Shown here: one piece after another, positions 1-9,240 of the stretch
Position numbering within the stretch: the stretch's first letter is position 1
How the letters are laid out: each line of letters opens with the position of its first letter
Source: Gemmatimonadaceae bacterium
GTDB lineage: Bacteria; Gemmatimonadota; Gemmatimonadetes; Gemmatimonadales; Gemmatimonadaceae
Reading direction: 5' to 3'
DNA: 47,867 nucleotides
NCBI GenBank assembly: GCA_036826135.1
Contig: DAISWY010000001.1
Span: forward strand, 1 to 47,867
Translations under genes and position numbers: made by a program
The notes under the pieces: model-generated
Seen by the model: the letters and a program-made list of their open reading frames with translations, nothing else
The model's database searches: none
What the model was told of the DNA's origin: nothing

Positions 1-1018
1 TCGTCCGCCACTTCATCCGCCCGATCAGCTTGATCATCTCCGGGTGCAGCCCGTGCACGCCCACCTCGTAGGCCGCCTGCTCCCCCGTCTCGATGATCGA
101 GGCATCCACCTCCTTCCGCGCCTTCTCGACGACCTCCTCGATGCGGCCGGGATGGATCCGCCCGTCCGCCACCAGCTTCTCCAGCGCGACCCGCGCCACC
201 TCGCGCCGGACGGGGTCGAAGCAGCTCACGACGACCGTGTCGGGCGTGTCATCGATGATCACGTCGACACCAGTGGCCAACTCGAACGCGCGGATGTTCC
301 GCCCCTCGCGCCCGATGATGCGGCCCTTCATGTCGTCCTTCGGCAGGGCGACCGCCGCCGCGGTGATCTCCGCCGTGTGCTCGGCCGCGATCCGCTGGAC
401 CGCAAGCGCGACGATCTTCTTCGCCTCGCGGTCGGCGTTGCGCTTCGCCGTCTCGCGGATCTCGCGCACGCGATTGGCCGAGGCGGCCAGCGCCTCCTCT
501 TCGAGTCGACGGGTCAGCTCCGCCTTCGCCTGCTCGGCCGAGAGTCCGGCCACCTGTTCGAGCCGCCGCCGCTCCTCGCCGACCATCGCGTCGAGCTCAC
601 CCTGACGCTCCTCGAGCTGCTTCTCGCGACGCCCGAGCTCGCTCGCCCGGCGCCCGAGCTCCTTCTCCTTCTGGTCGAGCATATCGACCTTGCGGTCCAC
701 CTGCTGTTCCCGGTCGACGACGCGCTTCTCCTCGCGCTCGACCTCCTCCCGCCGCTTCCGGGCCTCCTGCTCCCAGGCCTCGCGGACCTTCATCACCTCT
801 TCCTTTCCGGAGAGGACCGCCTGCTTCCGCGCCGCGTCGGCCTCGCGCTCGGCCTCCGAGACGATGCGCTTGGCGACCTGGTCGGCCGCCTCGCCCGCGG
901 CACGCCGCGCGGCATCCTCCAAGGCGCGGCCACGCCGGCGCCCAAACGTGAACGCGACCGGAAGGGCGCCCGCGAGCACGGCGCCGATCGCGATCGCGAT
1001 GGCCATCGGGTTCATCAT
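1..1018 (-). CDS. rny: Ribonuclease Y (3' part runs off the window)
   Basis: Not in the ORF track because it is truncated. Manual minus-strand translation from ATG at 1018 gives an N-terminal TM anchor ([17 protein letters not shown]), a coiled coil, the KH motif [17 protein letters not shown] and ...[20 protein letters not shown] at the window edge. Confidence 0.95.
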   Translation of the reverse strand, partial: MMNPMAIAIAIGAVLAGALPVAFTFGRRRGRALEDAARRAAGEAADQVAKRIVSEAEREADAARKQAVLSGKEEVMKVREAWEQEARKRREEVEREEKRVVDREQQVDRKVDMLDQKEKELGRRASELGRREKQLEERQGELDAMVGEERRRLEQVAGLSAEQAKAELTRRLEEEALAASANRVREIRETAKRNADREAKKIVALAVQRIAAEHTAEITAAAVALPKDDMKGRIIGREGRNIRAFELATGVDVIIDDTPDTVVVSCFDPVRREVARVALEKLVADGRIHPGRIEEVVEKARKEVDASIIETGEQAAYEVGVHGLHPEMIKLIGRMKWRT

Positions 1019-1021
1019 CTT

Positions 1022-1205
1022 GTGACGTCCTATACGAAAGGCGGCACCGGGGGGCACCGCAGACCCATGAGGAAGGCGCGCCGACCACCGATGGACGGTC
1101 CGCGGCAACGAGCCTCTCGATCAGGCACCGGCGAAGGGCGCGGGAAGGAAGAGGGGTAACTGCCGACGGCACAACCACCTACGGGACTTCGCACCTACGA
1201 GCTAC
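1022..1205 (-). ncRNA. ssrS: Probable 6S RNA
   Basis: Lies in the zapA-rny spacer, a common ssrS position, and is about 180 nt. It folds by eye as a long rod (GTCC/GGAC, AGGTGG/CCGCCT, GTGCCG/CGGTGC, GCAG/CTGC, ACCC/GGGT), then a central pyrimidine-rich bubble, then CGCGCC/GGCGCG and CGCCGGTG/CATCGGTG. It has its own upstream promoter. Ends are approximate. Confidence 0.7.
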
Positions 1206-1211
1206 CGAGGC

Positions 1212-1240
1212 AAGGTACGACTGTCAGCGGAAAATGGCAA
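1212..1240 (-). promoter_or_regulatory. sigma70-type promoter for 6S RNA/rny
   Basis: TTGCCA (1240-1235), 17 nt spacer, TACCTT (1217-1212) on the minus strand. Confidence 0.65.
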
Positions 1241-1300
1241 CGCATCCCGTCAGGGGCAGCGCCCGACGCCATTAGGAGTCGATCGGCGCCCGTCCGGCTC

Positions 1301-1594
1301 TCACCCCTCGCCGCGCTTCCCGGGCGGCAGCCAGCGACGTAACTCCCCCGACAACGACCGCATCCGCTCTGCCACCTGCGCCTGCGCCGCGCGCTCGTCG
1401 AAGAGTTCGGAGGTAATTGCCATCGCCGCCAGGATCGCCGCCTTCCCGGGATCGGTGATTGCCGGGCTCTCCAACACCTTCCGGATCGCCGCGTCCACGT
1501 GCGCGGCGATGGCCTGCGTGTGCTCGGGCGAGACCGTCGACCGCACGGTGTACTCCTCGCCGACGATCCGTACCCGCGTCGAATGCACCGTCAT
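1301..1594 (-). CDS. zapA: Cell division protein ZapA
   Basis: 97 aa with the ZapA pattern VRIVGEEYTVRS...AIAAHVDAAIR...AAILAAMAITSELF; downstream of pheT. Confidence 0.9.
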   Translation of the reverse strand: MTVHSTRVRIVGEEYTVRSTVSPEHTQAIAAHVDAAIRKVLESPAITDPGKAAILAAMAITSELFDERAAQAQVAERMRSLSGELRRWLPPGKRGEG

Positions 1595-1896
1595 ACGGTC
1601 TCGCCTCCGAGGGCGTGCTGCTGTCTGAGGAAGGTGACGCGCTCGAGCGCTGACTCGGTCTGCGCGACCGCCGCCTCGAGCCGCGCACGTAGCTCGGCGT
1701 TCTCCGCCTCAAGGGCCGCCACCCGCTCCTCCGCGCTCGCCTCGCCGGCCGGCGAGGCACCAAGGGCCTTCAAACGTGCCTCCGCCTGCTGGGCGCGCTT
1801 CCGGAAGGTTGCCACCTCCTCCCCGAGGTGCCGGACCAGCACCTCGAGTTCGCGGAACGCCGCGGCGGCGGGATCAGGCGGAACGGGGACGGACAC
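1591..1896 (-). CDS. Small coiled-coil protein, ZapB-like
   Basis: 101 aa heptad-rich (ERVAALEAENAELRARLE), between pheT and zapA with overlapping ends. Confidence 0.7.
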   Translation of the reverse strand: MSVPVPPDPAAAAFRELEVLVRHLGEEVATFRKRAQQAEARLKALGASPAGEASAEERVAALEAENAELRARLEAAVAQTESALERVTFLRQQHALGGETV

Positions 1897-4303
1897 CGAG
1901 ACGCTCCTCCAGAGCCTTGAGCAGTTGGACGCGCCGTCCTTCGATTTCCTTCTCCCGCAGGGTGCGCTCCGGATGACGGAAGGTCAGGCGCCACGCCAGC
2001 GAACGCGTCCCGTCGGCAACGCCGGCCCCGCGAAACTCATCGAAGAGCACCACGGTCTCGAGTTGCGCGCCCGAGACGTCTCGCACGACCTGCTCCACCG
2101 CTGCCGCGGGCACGGTATCGGGGACGAGAAGCGCGAGGTCGAAGATCGCGGCCGGGGTGGTCGGCAGCGGCCGATACCGGATCGGCGCGCGGGTGGGCAC
2201 GGCGATGGCCGTGCCGTGCGCGTGCGTACCCGGGCCGGCGACGGGGGCGTTCGCAACGCGACCCAGCGTGAGTTCGACGCCGAAGGCCAGCTGCGCCCAG
2301 ACGGGGGCGTCGAGCGGCACACGCTCCACGGTCCCCACCGTCGTACCGTCGACGAGGACGTGCCAGAGCACATCCCCCGCACCCGGCTCGAGGGCGATCT
2401 GCGCGCCAGGGAACGCGACCGCGGCGGTCCGCTCGCCGAGCGCCTTCGCATCCCAGGCGTCAAAGGCGGGCGGCTGTGGCTCCGAGAAATGCACCGGCCG
2501 ACGCGCCCCCATCAGGAGTGCTGCCACCCGCTGCTCCTCGATCGGCAATCCCGTGCCGTCAGGGGTGAAGGCCGCGCCAACCTCGAAGAGCCGCACATCC
2601 CCCTGCATCCGATTCAGATTGTACTCCGCGCGACGCGCGAGCGTGTCGAGCAGCCGACGCCGGAGGTACGGCTCGTCCTCGGCGAGCGGATTCTGCACGC
2701 GCACGAAGCCCTCGGACGCGCCTGCCGTGAAGGGGAGCGGACGAACCTCGTGGAGTCCATCGGCGACGAGCGCGTCACGGAGACGCCGCCCCACGAGGAA
2801 GAGCGGATCGTCGGGCGCGGTGCCAGGGCGCGCGCCGTGCAGCGCATCGGGCAGGCGGTCGAACCCACGCAGCCGAGCGACTTCTTCGATGAGATCCACC
2901 TCACGCGACACATCGTGGCGCCAGGTGGGCACGGTGACGAGCAACGTCCCGCCAGCCCCCTCACGGATCCCGAAGCCGATCCCCCGGAGCAGCGCGGCGA
3001 TCTCCTCAGCCGGGACCGCGTCACCGAGCACGGCCGCCACCCGCGACGGGCGCACGGTCAGCGGCGGCGCCGGCGTCGGCGCCGACCCAAGATGCAGCAG
3101 GGCGTCCACCTGCCCACCGCCAAGCTGCGCGAGGAGTGCAGCGCCGATGGCCAGCATCTCGCCCACGGCCCCCGCGTCGATCCCGCGCTCGAATCGATAG
3201 CTGGCATCGGTCGAGAGCCCCGCCTTGCGCCGTGTCGCGCGCACGACCGCGGGCGCGAAGCAGGCGACCTCGAGGACCACCCGCGTCGTCGCGTCGGTGA
3301 CCTCGCTCCCCCGCCCGCCCATCACCCCCGCGAGCGCCGTCGGCACGGCCGCATCGGCGATGACGAGCATCGAGGGATCGAGCGTTCGCGTCGCCCCGTC
3401 GAGCGTGACGAGCGACTCCCCGGCCCGCGCGCGCCGCACGACGAGCGTGTCGCCCTGTAGAGTCGTCGCATCGAAGGCGTGCATCGGTTGCCCGAAGCCG
3501 TGCAGCAGGTAGTTCGTCGCGTCGACGAGGTTGTTGATCGAACGCCCGCCGACGGCCTCGACCGCCGCGCGGAGCCACGCCGGGCTCGGCCCCACCGTGA
3601 GCCCGGAGACCACCGCGGCGCCGTACTGGGGGCAGTCCGCCCGCTCCTCGATCTTCACCGTGACCCCGCCGGCGCGCGCCTCACGGTCCGCCCGCACGAC
3701 CGACACGATGACCGGCGGGAGCGCGGCAATTTCGGGGGGACGCTGGAGCGGTGTGCCGGTGAGCGCGGCCACCTCGAGCGCGACACCCAGATGCGAAAGC
3801 AGGTCGGGACGGTTCGGCAACACGTCCACCAACAGCCGGACGTCACCGAGCGGCAGCACCTCGAGGAGCGGCGTCCCCGGCGGCGCATCGGTCGTCAGCG
3901 TCAGAATCCCGTCGTGATCCTCGCCCAGCCCCAGCTCGCGTGCCGAGCAGAGCATCCCGTTCGAGGTGAATCCGCGGATCTTGCGCTTCTCGATCACGAG
4001 GCCCCCCGGCATCGTCGTCCCTGTTCGGGCGAACGGATACAGGGCGCCGACGGTGACGTTCGGCGCGCCGCAGACGACGTCGAGGAGCGTCCCGCTGCCG
4101 TCGTCGACCTGATTGAAGGAGAGCTTCGTCTCCGGGATGCGCTCGCTCGCCACGACCCGGCCGACGACGAACGGGACCAGGTCGGCGCGGAGGCGCTCGA
4201 GCCCCTCCACCGTCGCGACGTGCGCCGTCAGGAGGTCACGGATCGCCTCGGCCGACCGGCCGTGCGGCACGAAGCGCGAGAGCCACTCGTGCGAGATGTT
4301 CAT
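1874..4303 (-). CDS. pheT: Phenylalanine-tRNA ligase beta subunit
   Basis: 809 aa; VVCGAPNV, GMLCSARELGL, PNRPDLLSHLGVA, ASYRFERG, DLIEEVARLRGFD and a C-terminal FDX-ACB domain. Confidence 0.98.
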   Translation of the reverse strand: MNISHEWLSRFVPHGRSAEAIRDLLTAHVATVEGLERLRADLVPFVVGRVVASERIPETKLSFNQVDDGSGTLLDVVCGAPNVTVGALYPFARTGTTMPGGLVIEKRKIRGFTSNGMLCSARELGLGEDHDGILTLTTDAPPGTPLLEVLPLGDVRLLVDVLPNRPDLLSHLGVALEVAALTGTPLQRPPEIAALPPVIVSVVRADREARAGGVTVKIEERADCPQYGAAVVSGLTVGPSPAWLRAAVEAVGGRSINNLVDATNYLLHGFGQPMHAFDATTLQGDTLVVRRARAGESLVTLDGATRTLDPSMLVIADAAVPTALAGVMGGRGSEVTDATTRVVLEVACFAPAVVRATRRKAGLSTDASYRFERGIDAGAVGEMLAIGAALLAQLGGGQVDALLHLGSAPTPAPPLTVRPSRVAAVLGDAVPAEEIAALLRGIGFGIREGAGGTLLVTVPTWRHDVSREVDLIEEVARLRGFDRLPDALHGARPGTAPDDPLFLVGRRLRDALVADGLHEVRPLPFTAGASEGFVRVQNPLAEDEPYLRRRLLDTLARRAEYNLNRMQGDVRLFEVGAAFTPDGTGLPIEEQRVAALLMGARRPVHFSEPQPPAFDAWDAKALGERTAAVAFPGAQIALEPGAGDVLWHVLVDGTTVGTVERVPLDAPVWAQLAFGVELTLGRVANAPVAGPGTHAHGTAIAVPTRAPIRYRPLPTTPAAIFDLALLVPDTVPAAAVEQVVRDVSGAQLETVVLFDEFRGAGVADGTRSLAWRLTFRHPERTLREKEIEGRRVQLLKALEERLGVRPRSA

Positions 4304-5334
4304 CGGGCGAACTGGTCGAGGAAGCGGACGTCGGCGTCATACAGGATCCGGATGTCCGGGATCCCGTGCCGCGAGATGGCGGTGCGGGCCGGGCCCATCC
4401 CGAACGCCCATCCGGTGTACTTCTCGCTGTCGAGACCGGCCTGCTCGAGCACCGCGGGGTGCACCATCCCCGACCCGAGGATCTCCACCCAGCCGGACTG
4501 CTTGCAGACCCCGCACCCCGCGCCGCCGCACACCCCGCACTGCACGTCCATCTCGGCGCTCGGCTCGGTGAACGGGAAGAAGCTCGGACGGAAGCGTGTC
4601 TTGGTCGTCGGACCGAAGAAGCGGCGCGCGAAGTGGGAGAGCGTCGCCTTGAGGTCGGCGAAGGTGACGCCCTCATCGACCACCAGCCCCTCGATCTGCG
4701 CGAACATCGGCGCATGCGACGGGTCGAAGAAGTCACGCCGGTACACGTTGCCCGGCGCCAGCACGCGGATCGGCGGCGCATAGCGCTGGAGCGTGCGCAC
4801 CTGCACGGGCGAGGTGTGCGTGCGTAACACCTGGTCCGGCCCGAGATAGAGCGTGTCGTGCATATCCATCGCTGGATGGTCGGCTGGGAAGTTGAGCGCG
4901 CCGAAGTTGTACCAGGCGTGCTCCGCCTCGGGGCCGAGGGCGATGGTGAAGCCGAGTTCACGGAAGATCTCGACGACCTCGTCGATGACGAGGGAGACCG
5001 GATGCACCGCCCCGCGCCAGCGTGGACGCGCGGGCATCGAGCGGTCGAGGGCGGGGCCCGCTGCCGACGCGGCCGCGGCGAGCTCGGCGTGCCGCGCCTC
5101 GAGCGCCGCCTCAATGGCGGCCTTCACCGCATTCGCGCGCTGCCCCGCCTCGCGCTTGTCCTCCTTCGGGAGGGCGCCGAGGCCGGCCAGGATGTCGGTG
5201 AGGCGTCCGGCCTGTCGGCCGACGAGGGCGTTACGGGCCGCCGTCCACTCGTCGAGGGTGCCCGCGGCGGCGATGCGCCCCGGGGCCTCGGCGGCGAGCT
5301 GGTCGAGGGCGGCGAGGAAGTCAGCGAGGGACAC
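4300..5334 (-). CDS. pheS: Phenylalanine-tRNA ligase alpha subunit
   Basis: 344 aa; NFGALNFPADHPAMDMHDT, LRTHTSPVQVR, RFRPSFFPFTEPS, GWAFGMG. Confidence 0.98.
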   Translation of the reverse strand: MSLADFLAALDQLAAEAPGRIAAAGTLDEWTAARNALVGRQAGRLTDILAGLGALPKEDKREAGQRANAVKAAIEAALEARHAELAAAASAAGPALDRSMPARPRWRGAVHPVSLVIDEVVEIFRELGFTIALGPEAEHAWYNFGALNFPADHPAMDMHDTLYLGPDQVLRTHTSPVQVRTLQRYAPPIRVLAPGNVYRRDFFDPSHAPMFAQIEGLVVDEGVTFADLKATLSHFARRFFGPTTKTRFRPSFFPFTEPSAEMDVQCGVCGGAGCGVCKQSGWVEILGSGMVHPAVLEQAGLDSEKYTGWAFGMGPARTAISRHGIPDIRILYDADVRFLDQFAR

Positions 5335-5373
5335 GGAGCCGGATGGGAACGGGACGTGGGGAGCGGCGGAGGG

Positions 5374-5429
5374 AAAGATACGCGACGAGGGCGGGGAGCG
5401 GACATCGCCACCCCCCGCCCTCGCGTCGC
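5374..5429 (-). terminator. Probable intrinsic terminator after rplT
   Basis: Minus-strand GC hairpin GCGACGCGAGGGCGGGG...CCCCGCCCTCGTCGC followed by GTATCTTT. Confidence 0.55.
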
Positions 5430-5442
5430 CGGCGGACCGGCG

Positions 5443-5808
5443 TCAGGCTGCCGACTTGAGCGCGGCCTGCGCCTTCTCGGCGATGAGCGTGAACGCGGCC
5501 GGATCGGAGACCGCGAGCTCCGCGAGGATCTTGCGGTCGACGACGATCCCGGCGGCCTGCACGCCGTTGATGAACGCGCTGTAGCTCATCCCGTTCAGAC
5601 GCGCGGCGGCGTTGATGCGGGTGATCCAGAGCTTGCGGAAATCCCGCTTCTTGGCCTTGCGGTCCCGGTAGGCATAGACCCACCCGCGCTCCACGGTCTC
5701 CTTCGCAGCCTTCCAGAGCTTGCTCCGGCCGCCGAAGGCGCCCTTGGCGGCCTTCATGATCTGCTTCTTGCGCTTGAGGCGCACGACGTTCGACTTGACG
5801 CGAGGCAT
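5443..5808 (-). CDS. rplT: 50S ribosomal protein L20
   Basis: MPRVKSNV...[25 protein letters not shown]...DRKILAELA. Confidence 0.99.
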   Translation of the reverse strand: MPRVKSNVVRLKRKKQIMKAAKGAFGGRSKLWKAAKETVERGWVYAYRDRKAKKRDFRKLWITRINAAARLNGMSYSAFINGVQAAGIVVDRKILAELAVSDPAAFTLIAEKAQAALKSAA

Positions 5809-5820
5809 CGGTCGGTCTCC

Positions 5821-6018
5821 TTAGGCCTGGAGGAGGCGCTTGAGGTTCTTCGCCTCGCCGTTCGTCGCGACCGTGGTCGGACGACGGAGATTGCGCTTCC
5901 GCTTGGCGGTCTTCTTGGTGAGGATGTGGCTCTTGTAGGCCTTGAGGCGCCGCACCTTGCCCTTCCCCGTCACGGAGAAGCGCTTCTTGGCGCCCTTGTG
6001 GGACTTCATCTTCGGCAT
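5821..6018 (-). CDS. rpmI: 50S ribosomal protein L35
   Basis: [21 protein letters not shown]...HILTKK. Confidence 0.99.
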   Translation of the reverse strand: MPKMKSHKGAKKRFSVTGKGKVRRLKAYKSHILTKKTAKRKRNLRRPTTVATNGEAKNLKRLLQA

Positions 6019-6032
6019 CGGTCGGTCCGTCC

Positions 6033-6557
6033 TTAGCGTGGCGTGAGGATCATCGTGAGGGCCTTCCCCTCGAGCTTCGCCGCGGTCTCGATCTTCGCGA
6101 CATCCGCAAGGGTCTGGGCGACGCGCTCGACGACCGCCATACCCAACTCCGGATGCGCGATCTGCCGACCGCGGAACATCAACGTCACCTTCACCTTGTT
6201 GCCGTCCGCGATGAACTCGCGCGCATGGTTCACCTTGGTGTCGAAGTCGTGCTTCTCGATCCCAGGACGGAACTTCACTTCCTTCAACTGGATCACGTGC
6301 TGCTTCTTCTTCGCCAGCCGCGCCTGCTTGGCCATCTCGAACTTGTACTTCCCGTAGTCCATGATCCGGACCACCGGAGGGCGGGCCATCGGCGCGACCT
6401 CGACGAGGTCGAGCCCCGCCTCCACCGCCATGCTGAGCGCCACATCCACCTCGAGCACGCCGAGCTGCGCGCCGTCGGACCCGATCACACGGACCGGGCT
6501 GATGCGGATCTGCCGATTGATGCGAGGGCCACGCGGCGCCTGCTTGGTCTCCTGGAT
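6033..6557 (-). CDS. infC: Translation initiation factor IF-3 (probable non-canonical AUC start)
   Basis: [53 protein letters not shown]. There is no ATG/GTG at the expected start. AGGAG lies 7 nt before an in-frame ATC at 6557, giving 174 aa. The track's 6725 start is probably too long. Confidence 0.93.
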   Translation of the reverse strand: MQETKQAPRGPRINRQIRISPVRVIGSDGAQLGVLEVDVALSMAVEAGLDLVEVAPMARPPVVRIMDYGKYKFEMAKQARLAKKKQHVIQLKEVKFRPGIEKHDFDTKVNHAREFIADGNKVKVTLMFRGRQIAHPELGMAVVERVAQTLADVAKIETAAKLEGKALTMILTPR

Positions 6558-6742
6558 ACGACGGCTCCTGCGAGAGGGAAAACAGAAACGCGGACCCCGC
6601 TCACGGAGCCCGCGCACGCACGAGGCCGTCCCGGCGTGACGACGCCGACGGCTCGAGCCTTCGAGGACTCCTGCAGCACGACGCCCGAGGGCGAAGGCCA
6701 GAGGGTGGGGTGCACACCAGCGCACCCGCTTGACTGGATTGT
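6558..6742 (-). promoter_or_regulatory. Structured 5' leader of infC-rpmI-rplT with a terminator-like hairpin (candidate L20 leader)
   Basis: Hairpin GGGTGCGC-TGGT-GTGCACCC near the 5' end. A second hairpin CGCGGGCTCC-GTGAGC-GGGGTCCGCG is followed by TTTCTGTTTT (6614-6579) just upstream of the SD. Confidence 0.55.
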
Positions 6743-6748
6743 CCGCTA

Positions 6749-6777
6749 AACCTAGGCCGGCTCGATGGTTAGGTCAA
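6749..6777 (-). promoter_or_regulatory. sigma70-type promoter for the infC operon
   Basis: TTGACC (6777-6772), 17 nt spacer, TAGGTT (6754-6749), overlapping the 3' end of the upstream gene. Confidence 0.6.
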
Positions 6778-7645
6778 GACGTCCCTTCGCGTCCGGACGG
6801 CGGGCCACACGCCCCCACGCGGTCACCGCGTCGTGCTCGAACACCAGCAGCCACCCTGCCGCCTCCGCCTCGGCCCAGAGCGCGCGCTTCGACTCGAGCG
6901 TCCGGAGCGGCTCGACATCATACCCCATGATCCACGGCAGCGGGACGTGCGCCGTCGTCGGACAGAGATCCCCGAGGAAGACCGCCGTCTCCCCGCCGCC
7001 ATCAATCACGATCGACTGATGATGCGGCGTATGGCCAGGGGTCGCCCGCATCCGGATGCCAGGAACGAGGTCACCGCCGCTCTCGACCAGCTCGAGCTGC
7101 CCCGAGGCACGCAGCGGCTCCCAGTTCCGGGGGAAGTAGCTCGCCGCGGTCCGCTCGTTCGGGTGCATGGCATAGTGATGCTCCCCCGCGTGCACGAGAT
7201 ACCGCGCGTGCGGGAAGGCGGCCTCCATGGTGCCATCCGCCGCGAGCCGCGTGTTCCCCCCGGCATGGTCGAAGTGGAGGTGCGTATTGATGACGACGCG
7301 CACGTCGGCGGCGGTGAACCCCGCCGACGCCAGTGCGGCGTCCAGCATCGAGCGATGCCCCGGCACCGACGCCTCGATGCCGTAGATGTCGAGGAACTTC
7401 GCATCCTCCTTCTCCCCCACGCCGGAGTCGATCAGCACGAGCCCCTCGGGGTGCTCGACCAGGAGGCACCGCATCCCGAGTGCGATGCGGTTCCGCTCGT
7501 CGGCGGGGATGCGCCGCTCCCAGAGCGGCTTCGGCACGACGCCGAACATCGCACCGCCGTCGAGGCGCTGCCCGCCGGCCTGCAGGGCGTGGATGGTGAG
7601 CGCGCCGAGGCGGCGCGATTGATGCAGGGGAGTCGGAGCGGCCAT
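6752..7645 (-). CDS. MBL-fold metallo-hydrolase (YtnP/AHL-lactonase-like)
   Basis: LDGGAMFGVVPKPLW, THLHFDHAGG (HxHxDH), TPGHT, WIMGYDVEP, FEHD. Start set at ATG 7645 (MAAPTP); 7660 is an alternative. Confidence 0.9.
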   Translation of the reverse strand: MAAPTPLHQSRRLGALTIHALQAGGQRLDGGAMFGVVPKPLWERRIPADERNRIALGMRCLLVEHPEGLVLIDSGVGEKEDAKFLDIYGIEASVPGHRSMLDAALASAGFTAADVRVVINTHLHFDHAGGNTRLAADGTMEAAFPHARYLVHAGEHHYAMHPNERTAASYFPRNWEPLRASGQLELVESGGDLVPGIRMRATPGHTPHHQSIVIDGGGETAVFLGDLCPTTAHVPLPWIMGYDVEPLRTLESKRALWAEAEAAGWLLVFEHDAVTAWGRVARRPDAKGRLDLTIEPA

Positions 7646-7775
7646 GCGCTCAGGATACATCGGCGCGGCGCCGGAGCCGAGGGGGTGCGCACCGCCTGCC
7701 CCGCCCCCCCTGGGACGCGACGGGCATCGCACCGCCAACCCCGTCAGCCGGCACGCGGAGCTCGTGGCGCGACGC

Positions 7776-8417
7776 TCAGGCCCCGTCGGCGCCGTCGCTC
7801 GACGCGGGAAGCGCCCGCCGTCGCTTCGCGCGCGACGTCCCCGCTGCCAGCCACGCATCGAGCTCCTCCCACGTATCGATCCCCTGCTGCGCGAGGTCGA
7901 GGAGCATCCGCTGCAGGACCGCCGCCGTCGCGAGCGCGTCCCCGCTCGCCCGGTGGCGGTCGTCGATGGTCACGCCGTAGTGGTGCGCGACGCTGTCGAG
8001 GTTGCGGCGCGGCAGATGCCGCAGGAGTCGACGCGCGAGCCGAACCGTGCACAGCTGCCCCGCGACGATCCCGGCGAGGGGATGCGGCGCGACGCGCCCG
8101 AACTCCGCCGAGAGGAAGCCGAAATCGAACCGCGCGTTGTGCGCGACGAACACCCGGTCTGCGAGCACCGCCGCGACCTCCCCCGCCACGTCGGCGAAGG
8201 TCGGCTGGCCTCGCACCATCGCATCGTCGATTCCCGTCAGGCGCGTGATGTGCCACGGGATCGGCCGACCGGGGTCGAGGAGCGAGTGGAACGCCACGGT
8301 CGAGACCCCCTCGTGGACCGTCACCACCGCGAGCTCGGTGACGCGGTCGGCGCCGCCGGGCTGCCCGCCGGTGGTCTCGACGTCGACGACGGCGAAGGGG
8401 AGGGCGTGGAGTCGCAC
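7776..8417 (-). CDS. DEDDh 3'-5' exonuclease (DnaQ/Pol III epsilon-like)
   Basis: VVDVETTG, FVAHNARFDFGFL, LCTVRLARR, HRASGDALATA. Confidence 0.92.
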   Translation of the reverse strand: MRLHALPFAVVDVETTGGQPGGADRVTELAVVTVHEGVSTVAFHSLLDPGRPIPWHITRLTGIDDAMVRGQPTFADVAGEVAAVLADRVFVAHNARFDFGFLSAEFGRVAPHPLAGIVAGQLCTVRLARRLLRHLPRRNLDSVAHHYGVTIDDRHRASGDALATAAVLQRMLLDLAQQGIDTWEELDAWLAAGTSRAKRRRALPASSDGADGA

Positions 8418-8526
8418 CCCGTGAAGCTAACGGCGAGCCGCGTACCCCCCAGTGCCTCCGCGATTGCGCGGTCGTGTACCACCCGAACGCCCCCAGACGC
8501 CGATGTCGGCCCGCTCCATTCGACTA

Positions 8527-8554
8527 TTGACCCCGAGGCCCGGCGGCATAGCTT
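8527..8554 (+). promoter_or_regulatory. Promoter of rex
   Basis: TTGACC (8527-8532), 16 nt spacer, TAGCTT (8549-8554). Confidence 0.55.
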
Positions 8555-8570
8555 GTGAATGATTTCACAA
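8553..8570. promoter_or_regulatory. Rex operator
   Basis: Perfect TTGTGAA-TGAT-TTCACAA palindrome matching the Rex consensus TTGTGAA-N4-TTCACAA, 13 nt upstream of the rex start. Confidence 0.9.
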
Positions 8571-8583
8571 GCCTCCCCCCCGC

Positions 8584-9210
8584 GTGAAACACATCGCTGA
8601 CTCCACCGTCCGACGCCTCTCCCTCTATCTCCGGTTCCTCGAGGAGTTCGAGCGGCAGGGCCACACCACCATCTCGAGCGGCGAACTCGCCCGCTCGGGT
8701 GGGACGACCTCGGCGCAGGTCCGGAAGGATCTCTCGTTCTTCGGCTCGTTCGGCAAGCGCGGCCTCGGCTATGCCGTCTCCGACCTGATCGCCTCGCTCC
8801 GCCACATCCTCGGCCTCGAGGCGCGTTGGCCCGTCGTGATCATCGGCGCCGGCAAGATCGGTGCGGCACTCGCCCAGTACCGCGGCTTCGGCACCCACGG
8901 CTTCGACGTGGTCGGCGTCTACGACACCGACCCCGCCCGCGTCGGGGAACCGCTGAACGGCGTCCGGGTGCGCCCCGACGCCCAACTCGAGGCCGACATC
9001 GCCGCGCTCCACCCGCGCATCGCGGTCCTCTGCGTACCTGGTGAGGCAGCCCAGCCCGTCCTCGACCGCGTCGTCGCCGCCGGGATCCGCGCCGTGCTCA
9101 ACTTCGCCCCGGCCGCCCTCGTCGCCCCGGAGGGCGTGTCCGTCCGCACGGTGAACATGGCGACGGAGCTCGAGGTCCTCGCCTTCGCCCTGACCAACCC
9201 GGGCAGCTGA
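8584..9210 (+). CDS. rex: Redox-sensing transcriptional repressor Rex
   Basis: STVRRLSLYLRFL, SAQVRKDLSFFGSFGKRGLGY, Rossmann IIGAGKIG, AVLNFAP. Confidence 0.97.
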   Translation: MKHIADSTVRRLSLYLRFLEEFERQGHTTISSGELARSGGTTSAQVRKDLSFFGSFGKRGLGYAVSDLIASLRHILGLEARWPVVIIGAGKIGAALAQYRGFGTHGFDVVGVYDTDPARVGEPLNGVRVRPDAQLEADIAALHPRIAVLCVPGEAAQPVLDRVVAAGIRAVLNFAPAALVAPEGVSVRTVNMATELEVLAFALTNPGS

Positions 9211-9240
9211 GCCTCGATCGCCGCGGGGGACGCGCGGCGG

